Below, piece by piece: positions 24,126-37,612 of a stretch of DNA of 64,000 nt (positions within the stretch are counted from its first letter, which is position 1; every line of letters begins with the position of its first letter). The position numbers and the translations under genes were made by a program. The notes below the pieces were generated by a model. That model made no database searches and was not told where the DNA came from. It saw only the letters and a program-made list of their open reading frames with translations. The DNA lies in NCBI RefSeq assembly GCF_018977255.1, contig NW_024704742.1, forward strand, positions 19,532,001-19,596,000, in the 5' to 3' direction. This DNA is from Callorhinchus milii (lineage: Eukaryota).

Positions 24126-26539
24126 GTCAGAGCACAAGAATGGAGTGCAGAACAAAGAAAGACTCATCTGAAACTTACCTGTTGTGTGTAACCTGCAAAA
24201 GGAAACATGGTGAAGCAGCAGCACTGCTCACTGGAAATTTTAAAGGTTGCTGATGTGTCTGACTTACATCAGAAGTTTAAAGCTTGTCCTTCAGCCTGGA
24301 ACATCAGTGACATGTCTAATTGCCCTGACTCATCTCCAGAGTTGTGATGCTCTGGCATGATCCCAACGCCAAGCCAGATCTACAAAAAATTCCAGTTGCT
24401 TCCAGAGGTGGGATCACTTCCAGGGATAAACGAGGAGCAGTATAAGTAAGGTCTCAAAGACTTGAGACCTCTGTCCTGAGACTTCAGCTGGTTCTCACCT
24501 ATTAAAGTGAGAAAGTCATTTTGAATTCAATTTCTTTGGAATCACTGTAAATGATGACTCATCCTCAAAGACTTGATGAAGGAACATTACAGATAATAAC
24601 AGTGAAGCTTTTTATACTGGGGTCATGGTCAAAGAGAGACTTTGAGGATATAGGATATACTTCAACAGGAAGCTGCCATAGCCAAGAAACTGAAGACATT
24701 GACTGGCAGTCACTCCAAAGAGAAAACATCCCTTAATAGGATTTCATTCAAAAACTCTGTAATTCATTTATTGAATTTTAGTGCTTGTTTTTTTGTCTAT
24801 GTTTATGTGATTTAATTGTTTTTCTGTTAATAAGCAGGCCGGGCAGATTGCTGGATGGGAAATTGGAAATAGTGAATGATTCCTGAGCGCCCCTGTAATC
24901 CTGTGCAGCCTGGTTAAGAAATTCCATTTAAGAACGACTTTTTTAAAATGTGCAGATGTTTTATGCCAAACCGGGGACCACCCATGAATCAGCACCCACC
25001 CACCACCCCCTCCATGCCTCAGCATCCCCGTGACCGTCTTGAGCCCTTTCGGGGAGCCAGTCCGCCACTGGACGGCATGCAAATATGTTAAGCACCAAGA
25101 CCTGCTCAATGCAGTTAAAGGGAAAGGTTCATGTTACCCGAAAACATAGCACCTTCTAGTTTGTGAGAATGTACACATTCTACACTCTTTATTATCATCT
25201 TAAAAAAAAGTTCCCTAAAAACACCTTTGCAAGTTATAATAGTCACTCATAGCACAGCAGGAAACACAATGTATAAACCTTGCAAAGTGTGGTATTGCAG
25301 TCTGTTTCTCATTTTGTCAGTTCCTCTCTTTCTTTATTCTAGCTCTACTTTCCTTTGTTTGATATTATCGGCCTAATTGATACTGACGTTTGTTTACTGT
25401 TAGAACATTAACTGCCAAATTGCGTTTGACAAGCTGGGTTTAGTCTACACATGTAACAGCCAGAATACAGTGTCTCTGATGGTGATATAGGTCAGATATC
25501 AGACTGCTATTTAAAATAAGACTAACTATCAAGCAAACATGTACTAATGAGGCTTTGAGGCAAAGCAGACACAATCAATCACTACACATAACAATCTGTT
25601 TAGACGCCTCATTAATAAAGATTAGACGAGATTACAAGAGCTGATTCATCACGTTGCCTTAATGTTCCTTGATACTAATGTTAATCCCAATGTAAGCAAG
25701 ATTTCTTTGGAGCTGAGTTGGCTCGAAGATGACATGTCTGGCAATGGAATATCGAAATCAAGTCGATCCTCTATGACAGCCTCGGGAAACCGATTCTTGA
25801 GCCAGGCAGGTGCGCAGTTCTCCTGTTGGACTGTTCACAGGCACTGTTGATGACAGACCAGTCATCATGGTTTGTCATCAGGACATGGAGAAACACACTG
25901 GTGGCAAATGGTTTCTTCCACTCAGCTTCTGTTAACCCTATAAGCCAAAGCCCTGATGGATAGAATGGTCCTAGCTGGGCAAGCAGCCAGGTGCATACAT
26001 ATGGAGACTTCTCAGTTGGATGTTTTAAAACATGGTGATGGGTTTCCGCATGTTTCAGGATACCCAGCTAATCAAATAAAAATCACTAGTCATTATCACA
26101 TATTAGAAAGGGATGAAGGAATGTGTACATTGTTACTGATCAATTTAAAAAAAAAGTGGGTTGATTCTTTGTAGATCATGACAATGCTTCACCAAGTGCC
26201 AATGAATAAGGTGTATCACTGACTAAAGTAACTAATATGACCTGATGATAAGAGAATCAGTCCCCTTAAAAAGACTAATCACTGTAAAACTCCTAATAGC
26301 AATGAACTCTGCTTGTCACTTTGTCTATAATTACATCTTAGGAAATTCTGCTTTCGCACTTCAAAATAGACTTGGGGGATTTTGTCACCAATTACTTTGA
26401 CCAATTCAGTGTTACCATGAGTTGCTCCAGGGTTTGAATCAACACAGGCAATTGGCAATTTGATTCATTCAAACCTCCTCTGTTACTGTATCACTTCATA
26501 GAAGTTGATTGGTCAATTTATCTGCAGGATAGTCAGCCA

Positions 26540-26700
26540 TGATATCAAGAGAAACTCCCATCTCTCTTCAATAATGTCATGGGACCTTCAAGATTCACTT
26601 GAACAGTCAGACAGTTCATGGGTTTAGCATCTCATCTGAAAGACACATCTAACAATAGAGAGCTCCCTAAGTACTGCATTGGAGTGTCAGCTGGACCATC
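26540..26700 (-). mobile_element. DeuSINE domain fragment
   Basis: TGTCATGGGACCTTC..CATCTCATCTGAAAGAC..GTACTGCATTGGAGTGTCAGC. Confidence 0.6.
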
Positions 26701-27567
26701 AGATCTCTGTTCCCGAGAATGCTACCACCTTAGCATTACTGAGCTAAAGAGAAACTGCAGATAAATATTTAGAAAGAAAGCACATACAAGAGATTCCAGG
26801 GTTAATGTTTTTTTTAAATTAGACATTTGTGGTTAAATTCTAATAAAAAATATATAAAATGGCCAATTCATAACAAATCGCACATATCAAACTTCCTTTA
26901 ATGAGAAACATGTGTAATATGTCTCTCTTTGTGCTGAGGATGTTTCAGATTGCATCACATTGTACTTGATTTCAGAGAACAAAGAAGCTCTTGGAGTCCA
27001 TTCTGAACCAAATGACATGCTGGAACTGCTCAAAGGACCGTAGACTTGGCAGCCTGACTTCTTTCAGCTGTATCAACAGTATTGCTGGTTGAAAGTTACT
27101 GGAATTTTAAAATATTCTCTTTTACCTGAAAAGAATAAATGGGACCACAGAAAATAACGTGTACCACGATAAAGATTAGTTGCTATAAAAAAATTATGAT
27201 AAATATTCTGTTTTCCCCCCATAGTTTGAGTGAATTTAAGGATGTTTTATGAACTGATGGTTTATGACACTGGGCATTATAGCCTTCAGGCCACATGGAT
27301 AAGAATTTCCAATACCCTCTAATATGGAAGTTACATAGAATGCTGTGGCACAGAAACGGGCCATTCAAACCAACTTGTCCATACCAGTGTTTATACTTCA
27401 CACGAGCCTGCAACCCTTCTATTCCCCTTTTCAATACCCTTCTATCCCTTTCTCCCTCATGTGTGCATTAAGTTTTCTCTTAAATACATTTTTTTATTCA
27501 TTTTGCTTCAACCATAGCTTCCAGCAGTAAATTCCATGTTTTTAAACCACAGTCTGCATGTAATAAA

Positions 27568-27881
27568 AATAAATAATAATCCTTGTATTTGATATAGCAC
27601 TTTTCATGTCTTCTAGACATCTCAAAGTGCTTCACAGAATATACTGTAAAGTGAATTGACTGTATATTTGTGGCCAAAACGCATGCAGCCAATTGCGCAC
27701 AGCAGTGTCCCACTAACAGAAGTTGATTGAGTGACCAAATTATTATTTATTTTTATTCTTGAGGGATTACTCTTAGGTGTGTGGAGTAAGGAAACTTGCC
27801 CGAGGTTTTCCCTTGCTGGGAATCGAACCCAAGCCTCTCACTTGCGAGGCAAGCGCTCTAACCACTGAGCTACAGGACTCC
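27568..27881 (-). mobile_element. Full-length tRNA-derived SINE, inserted in an old CR1 3' end (about 27330-27975)
   Basis: Ends ...CTCTAACCACTGAGCTACAGGACTCC; flanks resemble CR1 3' UTR (GGCCATTCAAACC; GTGAAGAAGTTCTACCTAAATTC). Confidence 0.9.
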
Positions 27882-28119
27882 ATGTGAAGAAGTTCTACCT
27901 AAATTCTTTATTGGATGTACCACTAGCAACCTTATGCTTATGTCCTCTTGGACACACCAACAAGTGGAAACAGTCAATGTACTTCCATGTAATCAAATCA
28001 AAACATCTCTATCAGGTACCCGCTCAGTCATCGCAACTCTAGAGAGAAATTATTGGATACAAAAACAATTTGGAGTACTATACAATACAATGCAAAATTA
28101 CATTTCTAAAGTGCATTTC

Positions 28120-28430
28120 ACATCAAGAGGCAAGGCTTGGTCAAAGAGGAGGGTTTTGATACGTGCATTGAAGATGACAAGGGACGGAGCGAGACAAAAT
28201 GAATGTGGGATGAGTTCCATAGAGTGGGGGCAGAAAGGCTGAGTGGCCAACTGGCGATGGTGAGGCAGGCCGGGTGGGGGATGTGCAGCAAGCCAGAGCC
28301 TGCTGAGAGGAGGGAGCAGACAGGTTGATATGGCATCAGCAAGTCGAGGGAGCTAGGGAGGAGCAAGGCCGTGGAGGGCCTTGAAGGCGAGGGCAAGGAT
28401 TTTGAACTCTATCCTCTAGGGGATGAGTAG
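28120..28430 (-). mobile_element. L2 3' fragment
   Basis: GCAAGGATTTTGAACTCTATCCTC, SGLLHIP, SLSAPTLWNS. Confidence 0.8.
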
Positions 28431-28686
28431 CCTCTGTTTACCTAGCAGTAAGTAGGAACCCGTTTGTTAGTGGATTGGAGGATTGCTTTTCCTGGGGGTA
28501 ATAATTGCTTTAAAAAATTATAATAATAAATTGGTTACACAATCTACAACTGTTTGTGGGACATCTGCCGTGTTTCGAATACAAAATATGCAGTCACTAC
28601 ACTTTACAGCATATTCTGTGGAGTGCTTTGAGACGTCTCAAAGGCGTGATAAGGTGCTATATCAAATGAAAGGAATATTATTATTA
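28430..28686 (+). mobile_element. SINE, long variant lacking head
   Basis: GCCTCTGTTTACCTAGCAGTAAGTAGGAACCC central block, body and tail. Confidence 0.8.
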
Positions 28687-28914
28687 GGAATATGTAACAA
28701 GATTGGTTTTCCTTGCTTGAATCAAATGAGCAAGAAAGGCAAATAAAATCCTGATATTACCGTTGTAACAAAATGCATCTGACCAGACAATTAAGAAACT
28801 AAGAAACTGTCACCTTGTGAATCATAACATTGAAACTATTGACGTTAATTAAGACTCACAAATGTAGGATGCAATGCTGATGCATTGGATTCTCCTTGTA
28901 CTGTTCTCTACTGA

Positions 28915-29200
28915 CATTCATACTGAGATTACAAGAAGTTGCTTTTTAAATGAGTCCAGTGCCCTGGGCTCCACCGCACATCCTGGCAACCTGTTCCAGT
29001 CATTAATCACCTTCTGAGTAAAGAAAAGCATCCTGGTATCTGTCTTGAAATTGCCCTTTACATCTCTAGACTTGTTTCCTTTTGTTATGCTGTCTTGGTG
29101 CATCCTAAAGTATTGTTTTGGGTTTACCTTTCCAATCCTATTTTAAATTTTATGCACTTTTCTAAGATTCCCTATGAGTTATCATCCTTCAAGAGTGAAA
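28915..29200 (-). mobile_element. Old CR1 fragment
   Basis: FKTDTRMLFFTQKVINDWNRLP..LDSFKKQL. Confidence 0.8.
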
Positions 29201-29287
29201 AGGGATAGAGTTTTAAATGATGAACTCTAGTCGATTTCTTCATAGATCAAGTAAGGATATTGGCAGAATTTCAAGACAGAACATGAT

Positions 29288-29905
29288 AAGAACATAAGAA
29301 TTAGGAGCAGGAGTAGGCCATTCGGCCCCTCGAGCCTGCCCCGCCATTCAATAAGATCATGGCTGATCTTCTGACCTAACTCTAATTACCTGCCTTATCC
29401 CCATATCCCCTAATGCCTCTGTTTTTTTAAAAATCTATCAGTCTCAGCCTTGAAGATGCTCAAAGACTGAGCATCTACAGCCTTCTTGGGTAGTGAATTC
29501 CATAAATTCTGAGTGAAGAAATGTTTCCTCAACTCTGTTCTCAAAGGCTGACCCTTAATTTTAAGACTGTGACCCCTGGTTATAGATTCTCCTACCAGGG
29601 GAAACAGTCCCTCAGTGTCTACTTTATCCGGCCCTTTAAGAATCTTATATGTTTCAATAAGATCTCCCCTAATTCTTCTGTACTCTGGAGAATATAGCCC
29701 TAGTTTATTCAGCCTATCCTCATAGGTCAGTCCCCTCATCCCAGGAATTAACCGAGTGAATCTACGCTGCACCCCCTCCAGGGCAAGTATGTCCTTTTTT
29801 AAATAAGGAGACCAAAATTGCACACAATACTCTAGGTGCGGTCTCACCAAGGCCCTATACAATTGCAGCAAGTCTTCCCTACTCTTGTACTCTAAACCTT
29901 TTGCA
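29288..29905 (-). mobile_element. Young CR1 3' end, near-identical to 1760-2415
   Basis: ORF 29410-29871 almost identical to ORF 1983-2381. Confidence 0.95.
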
Positions 29906-31542
29906 ACGATACCCTCCTACTAGAGATTTCCAGACAGATGAAAGAGGGAGCATTAGAGGAAAAAGCACGTTCATCAGAGACATATCATTTATGTTCTTGC
30001 AGTTCTGTAATAAAGTAACAATGCTGTTAAATAGATTTTAGAAAAATAATCATTTGAATAACAATTGCATGCAGTTATTTAATTTGTTTTAAATAAGTCA
30101 TGTTTTCATTCTTGAAGATAATTCATAGATTGTAATAATATGTTTGTGTCACAAGGTAATTATGTAAAAAAGTACTATTGTAGCTTCATGGCATTTCTAG
30201 TAGAGGACAGGCCGCAAAAGCTTTCTTGTGGCAATGTTCAACTGGAATCTTAGATACATTTGGAAATTGTAATACACTAGAAACACATTTCAACTCAAGC
30301 CGCATGCCATTCTTCAAATCAGTCAGAAACATTATGCCGGACGGCATCTCCACATACATATAATCAAGCTTGTTCCAGCAGCATTAACTCTGTGTATTGT
30401 CAGGCAGAGCAATTTGAAAGCAATCACTACTTCATTGTTATATGTAATGCATCCTGAATTAGTCGCAAGGATCTTACTTTGTTATAGAAGCTGCATATTG
30501 CCGAGCCTATTGTTTGGTCACATCCTTTGGCCTGAAGCTATATTTCAGACTTCAATGATCACATTCTCTTCTCAGCTGTCAAGTAGTGATACTGCAACAG
30601 TGAGACACACACNAAAAACACAGGGAAAGAGACAAAGAAAGGGATTTCAAAATGCATCCAGTACTTTTTCAGAAGTTTGTCTTTGGAGCTTGTCAATCAA
30701 ATTTCAGCAATAGAGCCCTGCAATCATGGTCCTCCTACAAAGTGAATGCTTCTGAATTCCATTAGTATAACAATTGTGGCCAAGAACCAGCAATAGCAGA
30801 ACCGACTTACTATTCATGTTTAGTAGAATCATTATTCTAATTGGCTTCCTATGCTCCCCATTCACTTCAAGACTTTTCCTTGTTTTTACAACATCTGCTA
30901 ACTTGACTGTGTTGGATCAGATTGTCTCTAATTTGTGGTCCTTTTTAATGGGATGCAACAATGGCCAACAATCCCCAGATAAAATTGGTCAACAACAACG
31001 ACTTGCATTTAGAAAGCACCCATCACGCCAGACAGTGTCTCGGAGCGTTTAGATCACTCACTTTGTGGCTGTTTGTTGGCATTACTGTGTGCAAACTGGC
31101 TGCAGCAATGGCCTGTAAAATACACAGGGAAATCAAGCATCTTGAGATGACCTCCCAACATGAGAGGCACTTTATCAAATGCAATGATTATTGTTATTAA
31201 TTTTTGATGGGATTTCTAAATGCAAATATCACAAATTAAATCATATCATCAGCAAAGCAAGTAATAGGTCAGAACACTTTGGAGCTTTATTTTGAAATAT
31301 GTTCATTTTTAAATTAACCTTTTTCCAAATAATCACAAATAGAAAAATAATCTAATTCAAATGACTATAAAACAACAGTGATACATTTTGCCACAAAATA
31401 AATACTATCTGTTACTTATTTAAAAAGCAGGTAACTCAGTCAACTCTGTTTTGTATTTTTTTATATCTTGCATTTTCATTTTATCCTCATGTACTCAGGA
31501 TATTTTACAAAAGTTGAAAATTCCAATACTTTATCTTACAAT

Positions 31543-31878
31543 TTAATAATAATCCTTTGATACAGCACCTTATCGCATATTCGAGACATCTCAAAGTGCT
31601 TCACAGAATATACTGTAAAATGAATTGACTGTATATTTTGTGGGTGAAACGCGGCAGCCACAGCAGTGTCCCACAAACAGTCATGGATTGAAGTGACCAA
31701 TTCATTATTTTTTTTTAAGGAATTATTACCCCCGTAAAAGTGACCTGCGAATCAGCTAACAACCGGGTTCCTACTTACTGCTAGGTAAACAGAGACGTGT
31801 GGAGTAAGGAAACTTGCCCAACATTTCATGCTGCCAGAATCGAGCCCAGGTCTTTCACTTGCGAGGTGAGTGCTCTAA
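31543..31878 (-). mobile_element. tRNA-derived SINE, long variant
   Basis: Head, central block (CCGGGTTCCTACTTACTGCTAGGTAAACAGAG) and tail all present. Confidence 0.9.
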
Positions 31879-31921
31879 TGCATTTATTATTATCATTGAG
31901 ATGAAGTAGAGTGATGATTAA

Positions 31922-34733
31922 ATCCGCCATGGCGGTGGTGTAGCCCTTATCTCAAGGACACCACTTGCCCTATCCCCCTACTCCTCTGGCTCTTTCCCCT
32001 CTTTTGAGCACCTCACCCTCTCCCACCCCTCCTTCCTCTCGCTCAAAATCCTCCTACTCTACCGGCCCCCTAAAACCTCTCCCACCTTCATCTCTGATAT
32101 TTCGACACTTCTTACATCTCTCTGCCTCTGCTCTGATCGCCTCATCATCCTGGGTGACTTTAACCTGCACTTCACACCCTCCTGCTCAATCTCCTCAGAT
32201 TTCTCTTCCCTGCTCTCCTTGCTCAACCTCTCCCTCCACATCAACTCCCCCACTCACAGTCACGGCCACCCACTCGACTTGGTGATCACCCGGGGCCTCA
32301 GTGTCTCGGATGTCACTATCACCGACAAGGCCATCTCTGACCACCACTTCATCTCCTTCACCACCTCCACCCCCCTCCCCACCTCCACCAGACCCACCAC
32401 CATCTTCTACCGCCCCTGGAAGAAGTTACCCCCACAATCCCTAACCGCTGCCTTGGAGTCCTCTGAACTCCTCTCCCTCTGGCCTTCAACCCTCACTGAC
32501 CCCTCTTCTGCTCTCACCCTCCTCCACAACACCCTCTCCTCCACACTTGACACTCTTGCCCCCATCACCTCCCATACTGTCTCCTCCCCCTGGTTCACCA
32601 CCCACCTCCGCTCACTGAAGAGCCAGGTGCGGGCTGCTGAACGCACCTGCGTCAAATCTGGCCTAACGGTCCACCGACAAATCTGGCTGGACCTCCTCAA
32701 AATCTACCGCTCCACTCTAGCCTCGGCCAAATCGTCCTTCTACTCCAGGATAATCCTGGAGGCGAAGAACAACCCCAGGCTACTGTTTTCTACCACATCC
32801 CGACTCCTCCGTCCCCCCGCCACCCCGCGCAGGTCATCTCCTCCAACCTTCACTGCGAGGAGATGCTGGATTTCCTTGAATCCAAAATCAAGGGAATTCG
32901 CTCCGCGGTCACTTCCCCTCCAACATCCACCCACCCCCTCCCTCCCACACTCCGACTCCTACCCATCCTCCCCTACACACTTTCGTACCCGTTTCCCCAC
33001 CCTCTGTCACCAAACTCATCCTATCCCTGAAACCCACCACCTGCTCCCTTGACCCCATCCCCACTCCACTCCTTATCTCCCAGCTCCACCTCCTTGCCCC
33101 ACATATCACAGACATCGTCAACCTGTCCCTCTCCTCTGGCTCTGTTCCCATTCCCTTAAAAACTGCCACCATCACTCCCACCTTGAAAAAACCCTCCCTT
33201 GATGCGTCGCAGCTATCAAGCTACCGGCCCATCTCCAACCTCCCCTTCCTGTCCAAGGTCCTGGAACGAGTTGTCCCAGCTGCGCTCTTTCCTCTCCAAC
33301 CATTCATTATTCGAACTCCTTCAGTCGGGTTTCCATGCTGCCCATAGCACAGAAACTGCCCTGGTCAAGGTCACCAATGATATCCTGACCATCTGTGACC
33401 AGGGCTCCCTCTGCCTCCTCGTCCTCCTCGACCTATCGGCAGCATTCGATACGGTCGACCACGCTATCCTCCTCCACCGCTTGTCCTCCCACCTCAACCT
33501 TCAAGGCCCTGTCCTTGAGTGGTTTAGGTCGTACCTCTCCCACCGTCTTCACTTTGTCTCCACAAATGGTTTTTCCTCCACCCCCGCACTGTCTCGTGTG
33601 GTGTCCCTCAGGGCTCTGTCCTCGGTCCCCTCCTCTTCACCCTCTATATGCTCCCCCTTGGTGACATCATCCGCAGACATGGGGTTAACTTCCACATGTA
33701 TGCGGATGACACCCAACTCTACCTTTCCTCCTCTACCCTCAACTCCACGACCACCGATGTCCTGACAGCTGCCTGTCCGACATCGAGTCCTGGACGAGAG
33801 ACAACTTTCTTCAGCTCAACGTGCGAAAACTGAGGCCCTCCTGATTGGCTCACGTCAGCACCTCCGCACCTCAGGCGCTGACAGCATCAGCATCCAAGGC
33901 TGCACTCTCCACCTCTCAAAGCCAGTCAGGAACCTCGGGGCTCTGTTCGACCCTGAGCTGTCCTTTCTCCCTCATATCCGAGCCACAACTGGCACAGCCT
34001 TCCATCACCTCCAGAATGTCACCAGACTACGGCACTGCCTCACCCCTCACGCTGCTGAAACTCTGGTCCACGCCTTTGTCACCTCAAGGCTGGACTATGG
34101 GAACTCTCTCCTCGCCGGCCTTCCCGGCACCTCCCTCCACAAGCTGCAGGTCATTCAGAACTCTGCAGCTCGTGTACTGTCCCGCACCAGGCTTCGCGAC
34201 GACATCACTCCCACCCTCGCTCGCCTCCACTGGCTCTGCATCCCCCAGAGGATCGATTTCAAGATCCTCATCCTCACCTACAAGGCCATTCATGTACCTC
34301 CTACCTCTCCGACCTACTATCCCCCTACCTACCTGCCCGTACCCTCCGTTCCTCTGGCTCCGGTCTGCTCCACATCCCCCGCCCCAACCGCCCTACCATC
34401 GGTGGCCGTGCCTTCAGCCTCTCAGCCCCGAGGCTCTGGAACTCTATCCCCCAGTGCCTTCGCCGCCTCCTCCCTTTTCTCCTTCAAGGCCGGTCTCAAG
34501 ACCTTTCTCTTTGACTGTGCCTTCAGCTCCCCTCTCGACTCTCTACCCCTCCTCGCCCCCTCCCTTCCCTCCCCTCACCCTGACCATTTCCCCCCTCCTC
34601 GCTCCCTCCCTTCCCTCCCCTCACCCTGACCATTTCCCCCCTGCTCGGGTCCTGACCCAACTGTACAGTGCCTTGGGATGTCCTCCCGACGTGTAAGGCG
34701 CTCTATAAATGGAATCTTGTTGTTGTTGTTGTT
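31922..34733 (+). mobile_element. L2 LINE ORF2 relic (APE endonuclease plus RT) with 3' UTR and (TTG)n tail; frameshifted
   Basis: GGGVALI, LLLYRPP, ILGDFNLH, THSHGHPLDLVITRG, ISDHH (APE); [48 protein letters not shown] (RT); tail at 34717-34733. Confidence 0.97.
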
Positions 34734-35379
34734 AAATGTTTCACTGAAGGCTAGGCCTTAAGATTGTGTTTCAAGATAATATACAGCAGAGGTTTTTGCA
34801 GAATTAAAAATCTAAGTCTATGCCTTGTTTCCCAAACGCCCCCACCCCAGTCTGTATTATAAATATTTAACAGAGACTAATACATTTTCATTTAACATCA
34901 GGAACTCTTCCAGGTAATTTCAATCACGATACAACTTACTGTACTTCTAAAATATTATTCACTTATTGTTTCCTGGACAAGAAGGGCTGAATGAAGATTA
35001 ATAAATGATGTGCAATAGAATGACTGGAAAACATTTTCGTACATTTCATACATTTAATACGTTTGCCCCAAATCAGTCTACAATACCTTATCTTGTACTC
35101 TCCAGGTACTCATCTCGCTGTGGGTAAAATGAATCTTGTTAACTTGTCATTTTCAAGTTTGTAAAATAAAGGACATATAGACTGCAGCTCTAAACCACAA
35201 AACTATCACTGCAGGCTGCTAAATTCGGAAATAATGTTATCTAATAATGTGCTTCATTGTTAATGTCCACAATCAGCAGGAAACAACGTCAGAACATTTG
35301 TTGATAACATGGGGTGGCCATTCCACCTGGTTCATCTTCCAAAAGATGGAAAGATTTATATTAAGGCACTGATACCTAC

Positions 35380-35625
35380 TATTTACCTAGCAGTAAGTAG
35401 GAACAAAGTTGTTTGTCAGATCACTTTCCAGAAGTAATAATCCCTCCCCCCCAAATAATTTGGACAGTCAGTCCACGACTGTTATAGAATACAGTTGTGT
35501 GCAACTGGCTCCTGCATTTCGCCCACAAAATACAGTCAATCTACTTTACAATATATTATGTGAAGTGCCTTTGAGACATCTCAATGACATGATAAGGCAC
35601 TATATCAAACGCAAGGATCATTATT
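35380..35625 (+). mobile_element. Old SINE, long variant fragment
   Basis: TTTACCTAGCAGTAAGTAGGAAC..TAATAATCCCTCC..body..tail. Confidence 0.75.
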
Positions 35626-36565
35626 TTATGGATTATACAATTATCAAATGTGGATGAAGCGTTCCAAACCAAGCACAAAGTAAAGTTTTGTTTCAAGATT
35701 ATAATGAGCTGCAAATGTGTGCAAGCACAAATAATCAGGAAATGTAAATGTGCCACCTAGTTATTTCACATCAATTGCCTTCTAGTCTTTGAAGACAATC
35801 TAAATGGGAGAGCAGTTTCCTTTGATTACATTATTCATTCAGCACTTTAAAAATGACAGAAATTAGTTGTGATTATATTGAAACCCACGCCTAATTTCCA
35901 TTAAATGCAGTCAAAAATGTGAATCAATATTAAAATGCATAGCTTCACCATGGAGGAATATCCTATTTTCTATTTTAAATTGTATATTAGGTTGCATGTA
36001 AATACTAGGATATAAATATATTTGTCAAACATCACTGTCACCAGCCCTCACTTACCTGATTAGAATTATGCTTTTTTTTTAAAGAATTCTGTTAAACAAA
36101 TTTTAGTGAGAAAGTCAAAGAGGCATCTAGGATGCTGCAGTGCTCATTAGAATATATAAACTGGCACAGTCTAAATCAAATAAATATGCTTGTAATTCTC
36201 ACCAGATTACCAAATGGAAAGATACTGTTCAGCATCATGTAAAGTCAACTTGACTTGCGAATTCCTTAAAATGTGAGAAAATCATATGGGGATTTGTCTT
36301 AGGTTGAGGTAAGACAACGTGTTAATGTGGAGGAGGTAAGAGGCAGGCATCCAATGCCTCTGTCTCCAGAATGAAAGGGTCAGTGTTGGGGTGTGGGAGC
36401 ACGGTGCCATTCTGTGCATGTGGGCAACATTTAATTCTGTTGAATGAGTGGCTCTCTCTGTGTCAACGAGTTCAACATCACAATCCATGAATCAGTAGCT
36501 TCATGTTAAAAATCACATTGGACACGAACGCCTGAGTTTGAGATTACAAGATCTCATTGCTAAAA

Positions 36566-36748
36566 TCCGTAGTCCTGTAGCGTAGTGGCTGGCATGTTCG
36601 CCTCATAAGCGAGAGAACTCGGGAGGGGCAAAACCTTAGGCAAGTTTCCTTACTCCACACGCCTCACTGTGCCTAACAGTAAGTAGGACCCAGGTTGTTA
36701 GTCGATTGGCAGATCACATTCCGTGGGGTAATAATCCCTCCCAAAAAA
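36566..36748 (+). mobile_element. SINE 5' half, long variant
   Basis: AGTCCTGTAGCGTAGTGG head and CCTAACAGTAAGTAGGACCC central block. Confidence 0.8.
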
Positions 36749-37071
36749 TGTTCCCGCTCCTGTGCCCTGCAAGCTTCCAACTGGGATCTAACACCAGTAA
36801 GGCTCAGTGGTGCATTGGTTAAACAAGACTAACAGTTTTTTTTCCTATAAGTGGAAATGTTCTACTTCTGGCAATCATCCTTCCTGCTCCATTCTCCTGC
36901 CCATAGCTCTCCACTCTTTCAATTCACATCTATTTCTTTCTCATTTCATTTGACTCACCAACAGTGACTGAGTCTTCAGACACTATGACCCTGTTCTTTG
37001 AACTCTGCCAAAATTCTTCTTGCAATCAAATACGTTAGAGGAGAGGGTTTTTTTTGGGTATGGGAGGGAAA

Positions 37072-37612
37072 ACAACAACAACAACAAGATTCAATTTATA
37101 GAGCGCCTTTCACGTCGGGAGGACATCCCAAGGCGCTGTACAGTTGGGTCAGGACATGAGCAGGGGGGAAATGGTCAGGGTGAGGGGAGGGAAGGGAGGG
37201 AGCGAGGAGGGGGAAGAGAGTCGAGAGGGGAGCTGAAGGCACGGTCAAAGAGAAAGGTCTTGAGACCAGCCTTGAAGGAGGAAAGGGAGGAGGCAAGGCG
37301 AAGGCACTGGGGGATGGAGTTCCAGAGCCTAGGGGCTGAGAGGCTGAAGGCCCGGCCACCGATGGTAGGGCGGTTGGGGCGGGGGATGTGGAGCAGACCG
37401 GTGCCAGAGGAACAGAGGGTACGGGCAGGTAAGTAGGAGGATAGTAGGTCAGAGAGGTAGGAGGGAGCAAGGCTGAGAATGGCCTTGTAGGTGAGGATGA
37501 GGATCTTGAATTCGATCCTCTGGGGGATCGGGAGCCAGTGGAGGCGAGCGAAGGTGGGAGTGATGTGGTCACGATGCCTGGTGCGGGACAGTACACGAGC
37601 TGCAGAGTTCTG
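37072..37612 (-). mobile_element. Young L2 3' end, same family as 31922-34733
   Basis: High identity to reverse complement of 34155-34733; (AAC)n at 37072. Confidence 0.95.

Noticed and set aside
25845..25885. Hammerhead on the minus strand (CTGATGA followed by a stem)
   Set aside because: The stem is not followed by GAAA; the catalytic core is incomplete.
30613..30613. Ambiguous base n (also at 54489)
   Set aside because: Assembly ambiguity next to simple repeats, not biological.
32219..33765. Long ORFs (277 aa, 188 aa) as cellular genes or an active LINE
   Set aside because: Frameshifted pieces of an L2 ORF2 with the 5' end missing.
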